In this document: positions 1 through 8,924 of the stretch, piece by piece
Numbering within the stretch: the stretch's first letter is position 1
How the letters are laid out: each line of letters starts with the position of its first letter
Assembly: GCA_963707505.1 (NCBI GenBank)
Contig: CAVPQB010000004.1
Coordinates: 1-64,000 of the forward strand
Reading direction: 5' to 3'
Length of the DNA: 64,000 nucleotides
DNA from: an uncultured Gemmatimonadales bacterium
GTDB taxonomy: Bacteria > Gemmatimonadota > Gemmatimonadetes > Gemmatimonadales > Gemmatimonadaceae
Notes under the pieces: model-generated
Database searches by the model: none
Seen by the model: only the letters and a program-made list of their open reading frames with translations
Told to the model about the DNA's origin: nothing
Position numbers and translations under genes: made by a program

Positions 1-291
1 CCTGGAGTACTTGGAGCGCGCTTTCGAAGCTCAGAAGGTAAGCGCCAGCGAGATCAAGAACAAATGTCCGAATACCGTTCGGAGCGCGTGCGACATGGGC
101 GAGCCATTCAAAATGGTCCAGTCTACGCTCGACTTCTTCTGCCTTGGACCAGGCTCTGAGGCGGTGCTGCTTACTCGAAAGGATGTATAAAGACGTCGAG
201 ATGATCGAATGCCGGTAGTGGCACATCTTCGTAGCGCCCCACGTTGGATGGAAGATGCATGATCTCTCGGGATGTTCATGCCCATCAGGCA

Positions 292-1281
292 TTAGCCATT
301 TGTAGGCTTCGCTGACCGGCTTTCCAGCTCATCGAGCAATTGTTCGCGCGTCGTGCGGACCACTTCGTCCTCGTCGACAATGTAGTTCATGCTGCCGGAA
401 ATAACGCCAACATGCCAACGCCAAGGAGCTTCGAATGCTTCCGGGTCCTCAGGCCGGTGGAACTTGAATCGTCCTTTCAGGTGCCCCGTTAAGTACACGA
501 AGGAAGCCCGCAACATTATTGAGCGAGCAAGAGATCAGCTGAAGAGCCTGCACCATTGATTCGGCCCTCCAGTTCTGGCGGTGGTGGGTAAGACGTATTT
601 GCGCGCTCTTCGGGTCCGTCGTTGGTATCGGTTCGATCGTGGAGAAACTGACACCATGTGGACTTGCGCCAACGGTCTGCATCTCCAACTCCGGCGATGG
701 AACGCCATACAATGACTCAAGCCCGACCCGGAGAACAGAGGGACCGGATAATACCCGAAAGCCGTGCTTGATGCTGTTGTACTCCGAAATGTGAAGGTCG
801 TCCGAGAAGTCGTCGGCAAAGCGAGACCACAGACGAGCATATCTCCGGGCAGTGGCCCACTGGGGTTGCTCGTCGACCCAAACGTGCGAATGAACCAGCT
901 CCGCCAATATCTGCCAAGACAGTTGCTGACGCCCTCCCGCGGTTAGAATCGGCCGATTCGCAGACACCTCTCTAACAAAGGTACGGAGACGCGCATTTGA
1001 ACATCGGGGGATCCATGCGGTTACAGCTGCCAGCGCCCTGCTGACAATGCTCCTAGCAGCGAGAAGAGAGCCTCGATACCATGATGGTAGGCCGCGCGGA
1101 GCGAAACAGCGGCCCGGCCCGCATCGTCACCTTCCAGATGCTCCAGATGGACTCGCGCGATGTACTCGAAGTACGTGGCGTCGAAGGAACGTAGGAATGA
1201 ATCGTTCTCTAGCGCTAAATCATAACCCCAGAGGCAGAAGGGCTCATCGCCAACCGCAAAAACGTACCGTTCCAATGACAC
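292..1281 (-). CDS. Hypothetical protein with possible HEPN-like motif; split by two frameshifts (~1040, ~470)
   Basis: ORFs 1021..1281, 449..967 and 292..516 join into one coherent reading across 1-nt shifts. Contains EYNSIKHG. SD-like AAGAG just before the GTG at 1281. Confidence 0.5.
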
Positions 1282-1310
1282 CTCTTTTATTGGCCTAACA
1301 TATTCGCCAG

Positions 1311-2126
1311 CTATTCGATCATGGTCGCAACGGATACAGCCCGCGCGTTCGGGTACCTTCCGGTAAGTATCGCGGCTGAAACTCTCAGCAGGCTAATGTC
1401 TGACGTAGCCAGTACTCTTCGCCGAGCACCCGCCAAGTAGATCAGCTGAAAGAGATCCATACGCTGTACCACTTTCGGCTGCTTGCGCGCCGCGGCGCGT
1501 TCGTAGGTGGCGACGCCTTCAGCGTCGAGGAGCAGCCGCCACGCTTCGCTTTTTTCCAGTGTGTCAATTGGCGCTACGCCCGGAAGTTCGAGAGCCGACC
1601 AAGTCACCTCGGCGTAGATGCGGCGCAATTCACTGCCTACCCAGTACCGATCGAGGAACTCCCTCGCAGATCGGACATCGTTCCGACTGCTCGATCGGCG
1701 CATGTGATCCCGCACCTTCTGCCTATTCTCATTGTGCAGTTCACTAAAGGCCGCCTCCAAGTTCCTGTTGAATCCTACAACATCTTCGTGAATCTCGCGG
1801 AGCGCGTCCGGATCATTTAAGTACCACTCGCTGCCGCTCGGTTTAGCGCGATAGGCCGGTTGGCCGCTCACGATGGCCTGGCCGATTTCCTGAAGCAGCT
1901 TAACGGGCCAGGGAAGCAGAGCCATTCCCGGTGCGACTTGGCGCAGCGCAGCGATGAGACGCGTCCGAACGTGCTCAGGTGCCGCCGTGATCTCGAGAAG
2001 GTTAACCTCTGTAGGCTGAACGATGAGGTCGACGGTACGAATGTTCTTTTGGAGCCGCACGACAGCTTCCGGCTGTGCGAGTTGTTTAAATGCGTTATTG
2101 TCAAGAATCAGAAGGCCGCTGGACAT
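1311..2126 (-). CDS. PIN-like domain protein (putative RNase) with helical insertion
   Basis: N-terminal LILDNNAF, then EVNLLE, and C-terminal RMDLFQLIYL...VLATSD give the D-E-D-D acidic pattern of PIN domains. Confidence 0.55.
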   Translation of the reverse strand: MSSGLLILDNNAFKQLAQPEAVVRLQKNIRTVDLIVQPTEVNLLEITAAPEHVRTRLIAALRQVAPGMALLPWPVKLLQEIGQAIVSGQPAYRAKPSGSEWYLNDPDALREIHEDVVGFNRNLEAAFSELHNENRQKVRDHMRRSSSRNDVRSAREFLDRYWVGSELRRIYAEVTWSALELPGVAPIDTLEKSEAWRLLLDAEGVATYERAAARKQPKVVQRMDLFQLIYLAGARRRVLATSDISLLRVSAAILTGRYPNARAVSVATMIE

Positions 2127-2147
2127 AGCGCAATCCGTAAACCGTGG

Positions 2148-2549
2148 TCAGTCGGTTCGGTCGAGATGCAACAGCCCGGCTTGCGTGCCATGAAAACCGG
2201 CAGCCGCGTAGAATGGCATCAATCCTGGTTGCTAGTCAACATGGACCCACTCACACCCCTGTACCCGCACGGCCGAAATCGCACGCTCGACCAAGCCTAA
2301 ACCGATGCCGCGTTGGCGATATTCGGGATCGACCGTGGGATCAAGCAAAAATGCGTGCGCGCCGCCATCGCTGACGATATTGACGAATCCGACAAGCCGC
2401 GGGCCATCGAATGCCCCAATAAACGCCGTGCTACGCGCGAGCACCGGAGTGAAAGCTCGATCAGTGTGTTGAGGCCAGCTGCGGCGAAACAATGCGTTCA
2501 ACGTGGCGTCGTCGAGCGGTGGATTGGTGACGTACGTTGGGCTGCTCAA
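2148..2549 (-). pseudogene. GNAT acetyltransferase interrupted by an in-frame TAG
   Basis: Motif A VDPEYRQRGIG. After the TAG at 2232-2234 the same frame continues QPGLMPFYAAAGF (GNAT motif B-like) to TGA at 2148. Confidence 0.7.
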
Positions 2550-2702
2550 AGCTGAACCCTATGCATCGGCATAACCGCTCAAACTCCCTTGTTAGGTGCA
2601 GAGCACATCAGATGTCGTGCGCGTGAACGCCCAAAAAGGTGCGCGACTGCAACCGCGAACGGAAGTCGTTCAGGATCATCACGCGATCTCCGTGTGTATA
2701 TC

Positions 2703-2856
2703 GGGGTCAGGTCTCGCACCGTGCGTCAAGATAGTGTCGACGCGCAAGATCGTCATCATCTCTGCCCAATGCTCATTGAAAGGGGGGTCAGAGTGTAGTT
2801 TCCGGGACCCACGGGTGGAACCGACTGAAAGAAGCACGCCCCGACCCCTGTTTTTC
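2703..2856. repeat. Three GGGGTCRG-type motifs in an intergenic stretch
   Basis: GGGGTCAGGTCT at 2703, GGGGTCAGAGTG at 2784 and inverted CCGACCCC at 2841. Confidence 0.4.
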
Positions 2857-3141
2857 TGGGAAACCGCACGCACCGCACCTGTTAGCCCAAGTCTATACCG
2901 GCACTGAATACCACGACGGGATTCATGCTGCCAAACCAGCCAGAGAAAGGCTCGCCGCCTGACGCGCGTTTCCACACAATCTGACAAGAGCTCCGGACCC
3001 AGTCCGATCCGTGTGTGGCGATGAGCCGCGCTGTTACGTACGCCGCCGTCGGCGGAATGCGAACAATAAAAATTCGTGCTGCGGATCGCCATGCCGTCGA
3101 TCTCTCGTCACAACGTGCTGTACCGTGGGTACAGACGATCG

Positions 3142-4547
3142 TTAGCCGACAGCACTATGACCGTGTGGTGTGAGGCGCCACGCGGCCTTATTCCCAAGTT
3201 TGCCGGGTACCTGTTCGAGCAGTTCGCGATCACGCAACCGATAAAACACTTCCTTCATCGTATTCTCGGACTTGATGCCGGAGAGGTCTCGGCCGATTGC
3301 GTTGGTAATCTCTTCATTATCTCGCAAGAACGCTAAAACGAGCTGCTCAGGTGATCCCAGGCTTTCGTGCCTCAAAATGACGACCACAGAATTGTCGCGT
3401 TCTTCGATCGCGGTGGCTTGAGGCGCAACTTCTCCATAGCCTCAAACGCGGTGTTGAGGCCTTCGCCGACATCCTTGTTCGGCGGATCTGGGAAACGGTT
3501 GATCAGCCGAACAAGCTTTGGTACAGAGCGAATTGTTCGCGAAGTATATTCGCTCGCGTGATATGGCCGGGGAGACGACCAGGACTCTCGATTTCTACCC
3601 TATTGTCGAATATGCGAACCTGCACGTCAGCCGGAATACTGTAGTCTCTATGTAGGACGGCGTTTGTAATTACTTCATGAAGCGCTTCGTCAGGATAAGC
3701 GACCGGTTCCATACCCGCTGGACCGAGCTTCTCAATGCCTTCAAGAATTCTCTTGGATTCACTAACCGCTTCGTAGATTAAGTTGTACGCTGGTCCTTCG
3801 ACCGTCACGGGATCGCCGACGAGGAAGTCGCGCTCGCCTGCCTCGGCCTTCGTCTTGTAGCGAAATACTTTGATTGCTGAGCGTTTCGGAAGAATGGCCT
3901 GCGGCTCGTCGGAGAAGAGCATTACGCCAGCGACTGTGGGTCGATCCTTAACTATAAGGCGTTGCTTTGCCAACCATACCTCTGGTTCAGCCGTCGGCAC
4001 TACTCGGATCAGAAAGTCAATGACAACTTCAGAGTTGGTTATGTCATTGATTCTCGGCATCGAGTAGTTCATCTTCGAACGAACTGATGCCTTTGTCGTA
4101 CTTGAGCCGTTGGATCGCCTCGGCGCCTTCGACGGGCAGTTTTTGTGCGCTGTGCCGAATGTAAACTTTGCCATTAGAGGCGTGTGCGATCTCTCGTGTC
4201 TTCAGTATCACTAAATGCAGAACAACGCCGGGTTCGCGCTCAGCCTTCAGAAACTCAGCCTCGTAGTGATTGCCGAGTGGGGACATGCCCTCAACAACTT
4301 GAAGAATCGCGTTCGCTTCCTCTGGATTCGCGAAGCCGCGCCAGACTCGCTCTTTGCCTTTCTTGCCGACGATCTCTTCTAAACCAAGATAGACCTCGCC
4401 ACCGCTTGTGTTCGCAAATGCTGCAACTGTCTTGCTCAGACTTGCCGGCGTTATTTCCACAGACTTGAGATCCATAAAATGACTCTCTTCTGTGGTTAGA
4501 AGTTCCGCCACTTGATCGGGCGAAACGTTGAAAGTCTCGATATCCAT
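3142..4547 (-). CDS. Schlafen/AlbA_2 + HATPase_c_4-type ATP-binding + wHTH protein; frameshifted
   Basis: EESHFMDLK...[14 protein letters not shown] (AlbA_2), [12 protein letters not shown]...[13 protein letters not shown] (HATPase_c_4) and a C-terminal wHTH-like segment, spread over ORFs 4044..4547, 3503..4174 and 3142..3387. Confidence 0.8.
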
Positions 4548-4877
4548 AGGAAGGTGGGTGTGCTCGACTAACCCAAGCAGATTGTGCTGGAGTCTGCTTC
4601 AAAAAATCATGCAGCATAAGATGCCGAGCCGGCGCGCCTCTGCAAGGCCAGAGCTTTTGCAGTGTACCGGTTGTTCGACCCACTGGCGCCAATCGTGAGT
4701 CCCGATCCTACCACTGTGGTCTCAGAACCGTAAGAGAGTAAGAATGATCTGCGTACCAAACTTCCGATGCGCTGGTCACTCACTGGCGGCCGTGCACTCC
4801 GACAGCGTCATAGTGAGCCGATGGACGAAAGCATCGTGTATTCGTGCTACCGCGTACCAGTCCTTCCACGATCCAAG

Positions 4878-4905
4878 GCCTAACATTCGGCGGGTTATAT
4901 TGCGC
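4878..4905 (-). other. dif-like / tyrosine-recombinase-type site at the island edge
   Basis: Minus strand reads GCGCAATATAA-CCCGCC-GAATGTTAGGC (11-6-11). It shares the ATAA and ATGTTA cores of dif and ends in GTTRRRY. Confidence 0.3.
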
Positions 4906-4911
4906 TGAGTC

Positions 4912-5381
4912 ATGAACCGCCGCGTCCTCCGCTCACCGCCGCGATCCTCGCCCTCGCCGCCTGCTCCGGCGAGGCCATCACCGGCCTCGACCAGGCCCTC
5001 TACAACGCCACCTACTCCGGCCCCGCAACCTTCCATCGCGGCCGCCTTCCCGACCGTCCCGCTGTTCCACGCCTCGCCGGTCGTCCGCTTCACCATGACC
5101 ACCTCCCAGCTCGGCCAGACCTTCAGCGGCACCTTCGCCCTGACCGACTCGACGACAGGCCAGCAACTCTACTCCGGCAGTCTCACCGGCAAAACCACCA
5201 ACACCGGTGCCGACTTACGCTGGTAGTCCCGTCCCCGTGCCCCGGCACCCTCTACGGCTCCTTCACCGTCTCGGGCAACGGCAACCTCACCGGCTCCGCC
5301 ACCGGCCGCGACTGCAACGCGACCTCCGGCTCGACAGCCAGTAACGTCCAGATCACCTTCACCAACTTGGTCCGACAGTAA
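4912..5381 (+). CDS. Hypothetical lipoprotein, multiple frameshifts
   Basis: MNRRVL shifts into PLTAAILALAACSGE (lipobox). Thr/Gly-rich beta segments follow, and the last frame ends at TAA 5379-5381. Confidence 0.4.
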
Positions 5382-5402
5382 GGATCGAGATATTTTCAAT
5401 CG

Positions 5403-5981
5403 ATGACCACCAGACGCATCAGTACTCTCGCGGCCCTCGCGGCCTGCACCTCGCTTGTCGCTCTCGCCGCCTGTGGCGGTGCCGACAGCCGCGACACGGA
5501 CCGCACCTCGGTCGCCGCCAATGAGCCGACCAGCGTCATGTACTTCGACTCGACCCAGGCCGTCATTCCCGGCGCTGCGGTCGCAGCCGGCGGTGCAGCA
5601 GCGGCGCCCAACGGCGCTGAGCTGTTCACCCGATGCGCTGCCTGTCACCAGGCGACCGGACTCGGCGTTCCCGGCGCGTATCCGCCGCTCGCTGGATCCG
5701 AATGGCTGCTCAACAACCCCGAAGTGCCGATCCGCATAGTGCTCCACGGCCTCCAGGGTGACATCACGGTCAAGAACACCAAGTTCAACAACGCGATGAC
5801 GCCCTTCGGCGACCAGCTGTCCGACGCCGAGATCGCGGCGATCATCAGCTACGAGCGCTCCAGCTGGGGTAACGCTGCGTCCAAGATCACCGCCGAGCAG
5901 GTGGCGTCGGTACGCGCGGCCACAAAATCGCAGACGACGCCCTGGAACCCCGCCGACCTCCAAGGTCTGATCCATAAATAG
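5403..5981 (+). CDS. Monoheme cytochrome c lipoprotein
   Basis: Lipobox LAAC, CAACH heme motif, G.PG.YPPLAGS and MTPF axial Met region. Confidence 0.9.
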   Translation: MTTRRISTLAALAACTSLVALAACGGADSRDTDRTSVAANEPTSVMYFDSTQAVIPGAAVAAGGAAAAPNGAELFTRCAACHQATGLGVPGAYPPLAGSEWLLNNPEVPIRIVLHGLQGDITVKNTKFNNAMTPFGDQLSDAEIAAIISYERSSWGNAASKITAEQVASVRAATKSQTTPWNPADLQGLIHK

Positions 5982-6005
5982 GTAGGGCGCGGATATATCC
6001 GCGCC
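5982..6005 (+). repeat. GTAG/GTGG-type REP-like palindrome (family B)
   Basis: GTAGGGCGCGGATATATCCGCGCC directly after the stop codon; relatives near 39771, 42577 and 47781. Confidence 0.55.
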
Positions 6006-6105
6006 TTCTTTACGTGCGCGCGGATCTCCAGATGGCGTGGGACGCGACCGACCCATGGTTCGCCATTTCGGGAACCAATCCGCGCCCCCGCGTGACCAAC
6101 CCGGC

Positions 6106-8452
6106 ATGGTAGCAGCTGCACTGCTGATCTTCGCACAGGTCACCGTCTCGATCACGAACGACAAGACTTCCCACGCCGACAGCGTCAGGCGTGCGAAGCA
6201 GCTTGCGCGCCAGGACTCCATGGCGGTGCGCATGGATTCCATTCAGGCAGTTCGCGACTCATTCCACGTAAAACGTCGCGAAACCCGCCACATCGACGTC
6301 ACGCCGCAACTGCTCGCGACTGCATTCAAGGATCCCGCCGCACGCACCCTGCTCGATCGCGCACGCGCTGCGAGATTCACGCAGGACTCCGCGCTCAAAT
6401 CATACGACGCCACCACATACGAGCGTCTTTCTGTAGAATCCAAGATCACGAGCCTCGGCCGCGATCGTCTCCTGTTCCGCACCGAGCGCGCAACACACAT
6501 CAAATGGGAGCGCGGCAACGGTGCGCTCGTCGACATAACAGGCGCGCGATCCGCACTTCCAATGTTCAAGGGCGCAGGCAAGGCCGACGTCGACCTCGGC
6601 GCAGGCAGTGTTCCGATTCCATACTATCCCGGCCGCGAAACTCTCTGGATCGGCTCCGAAGTGGCGAAGGCCGACGCCGATGCCAACGCGATGATCCATC
6701 CACTCGGCAACGGCGCCGAGGCGTACTACACATATGAGAGTGGCGATTCTGTTTCGTTCCAGCTGCCGGGCGGGAAGAGCGATTCTCGTGCGCGAGCTGC
6801 GCGTGCAACCGCGCACGTCGAGCTGGAATCTCGTTGTGGGTTCGCTATGGTTCGACGTTGCAACTGGACAACTCGTGCGCGGCGTGTATCGCATGGCCGA
6901 GCCGATGGACATGATGGCCGTCGCGAAGGAAGAAGACGGCGAGGATCCGAAGAAGGACATCCCCGGCTGGATCAAGCCGATGATTCTTCCGATGACCGGC
7001 GGCATCGATGTGATGACCGTCGATTACGGCCTGTACGAAGGCCGCTTCTGGCTGCCGCGCATGCAGACTGCAGAGGGAAAGGCGCGCGCCGGAATCATGC
7101 GCTTCCCGTTCGAGCTGCGCCAGCGCTTCGATTACGAGAGCGTCAACGCAGATCTCAAGATTCCATCGATCCAGTTGAGCGCGCTCGACACCGCGCACGG
7201 CATCGATGCGCGCAGGGCGCGTCGCGCGATGCGCGATAGCGCGTGCACGAACGGCGCAACGTATCGCGAGACCACGCGCACGTCGCACGAGAATTCGGTC
7301 GACATGCTGGTTCGCATTCCGTGCGACACCGCATCGCTTGCGAGTTCGCCAACGCTTCCGAAATCCATCTACGACAAACCCGATTCGCTGTTCGGCGACG
7401 GTGACATCGACGCACTCGTCGCCAACGCACTGTCGTTGAAGCGTCAGGCCGGAAGCGCGGGCTTCGCGCCACCGGTCGTGCAGTACGGTCTTCCGTTCAC
7501 GCGCTACAACCGCATCGAAGGCTTGTCCACAGGTCTGCGCGTGGACGACGACATGGGCAGCGGCTACTCCAGCCACGCGATCGCACAGCTGGGTTTCGAT
7601 CTCTCGCCCAACGGCGAGCTCGGCATCTCGCGCACCAACGGTCGCGAGACTTACGGTGTGAATGCCTATCGCCGTCTCAACTCCGCCAACGATCTCGGCC
7701 GCGATCCATTCAGTCTGAGCTCGTCTCTGTCTGCGCTGATGTTCGGCCGAGACGACGGCGTGTATTACAGATCGTGGGGCGCGGAGATGGTGCACGACCA
7801 GGAAGGCGGACTGCTCAGCAGCTGGCGCCTCTTCGGCGAGCAGGAGTTCGGTGCGCGCACAAAAACCCACTTCTCACTCGGCGGCAAGCTCGGCGGCGGC
7901 TACTTCCCGAACAACATCGACGTGGAGAAGGGAAGCGTCGTCGGACTGTCGCTCGTGAAGCACGGATCGCACGGTGAGGATCCGGACGGACTCCGGCTGT
8001 TCTCCAACATGCGTATAGACGGCGCGGCCGGCACTTTCGACTACACCCGCGCGATGGCCGACGTAACGGTGATGCATCCGCTCGCAGGTCCCGTCACCGC
8101 AGCGCTCACGCTGAGCGGCGGCACCTCCGGCGGACACGTCCCCGTCCAGCGGCTCTGGTACCTCGGCGGCACCTCCACCGTTCGCGGCCAGGACGTCGGC
8201 GCCGCGGTCGGCGACGCCTACTGGCTCTCGCGCCTCGAGCTCGGACTGGGCAGCGTCTTCGCCAAACCCGTCATTTTCGGCGACCTCGGCTGGGCCGGCG
8301 ACCGGCACAGCTGGAACGAGGGCGTGGTCCCCGTGAGCGGGGCCGGCATAGGGGGATCCTTCATGGACGGGCTGATCAGGCTGGATCTGGCCAAGGGAAT
8401 CCGCCCGCGGGGCGGGGTCCAGGCCAGTCTGTATCTGGACGCCCGCTTCTAG
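6106..8452 (+). CDS. Outer-membrane protein with C-terminal Omp85/TamA-like barrel; frameshift ~6775
   Basis: RYNRIEG, YLGGTSTVRG (VRGY-like loop) and C-terminal YLDARF. ORFs 6037..7239 and 6734..8452 join at QLPGG(K)/ILVRELRV. Confidence 0.65.
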
Positions 8453-8509
8453 ATAGGTTAACCTCCATAGCTGTATTGGAAGTGCCGCAGCTCACACCAA
8501 GAGGACCGT

Positions 8510-8731
8510 ATCTCCAAAGAAGACCTGATCGAACTCGAAGGGACCGTCACCGAAGTCCTTCCGAGCACGTCGTTCCGCGTGACCCTCGACAACGGGGCAG
8601 CTGTGCTCGCGACCATCGCCGGCAAGCTCCGCCGCTTTCGCATTCGCATCCTCGAAGGCGACCGCGTGACGGTCGAGGTGTCGCCCTATGATCTCACGCG
8701 CGGACGCATAACGTACCGTCACAAGGCCTGA
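8510..8731 (+). CDS. infA: Translation initiation factor IF-1 (ATC start; absent from the ORF track)
   Basis: Manual translation gives (I/M)[72 protein letters not shown] (73 aa). GAGGA at 8501-8505. Confidence 0.95.
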   Translation: MSKEDLIELEGTVTEVLPSTSFRVTLDNGAAVLATIAGKLRRFRIRILEGDRVTVEVSPYDLTRGRITYRHKA

Positions 8732-8766
8732 GATTCGCGGTTCGGCGGAACCGGCCTTAGGGCATC

Positions 8767-8905
8767 GTCATTCCCGCGAAAGCGGGAATCCATCTGCTGC
8801 CGCGAAACTTCCTGCTGTCATCCCGCTTCAAGATCGATAACATGGATTCCCGCTTTCGCGGGAATGACGAGGGGGCACATGGATTCCCGCTTTCGCGGGA
8901 ATGAC
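8767..8905. repeat. REP-like cluster GTCATTCCCGCGAAAGCGGGAATCCA (family A), three copies
   Basis: Forward copy at 8767-8793; inverted copies at 8842-8868 and 8879-8905, between convergent genes. Confidence 0.85.
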
Positions 8906-8924
8906 GAGCTACGACGAGCGCGCT

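Noticed and set aside
2..190. Open frame at the window start (LEYLERAF...RKDV stop)
   Set aside because: It may be the 3' end of an upstream gene, but it has no recognisable motif and cannot be supported.
2232..2234. Pyrrolysine or other programmed amber read-through
   Set aside because: There are no pyl genes in the window and many other genes end in TAG normally.
1285..4905. Bona fide integron with complete attC sites
   Set aside because: Only core heptamers are seen, with no paired L/R boxes and no integrase. Kept only as a tentative finding.
8458..8722. Track ORFs 8458..8649, 8476..8691 and 8492..8722
   Set aside because: They are alternative frames over the true infA reading frame.
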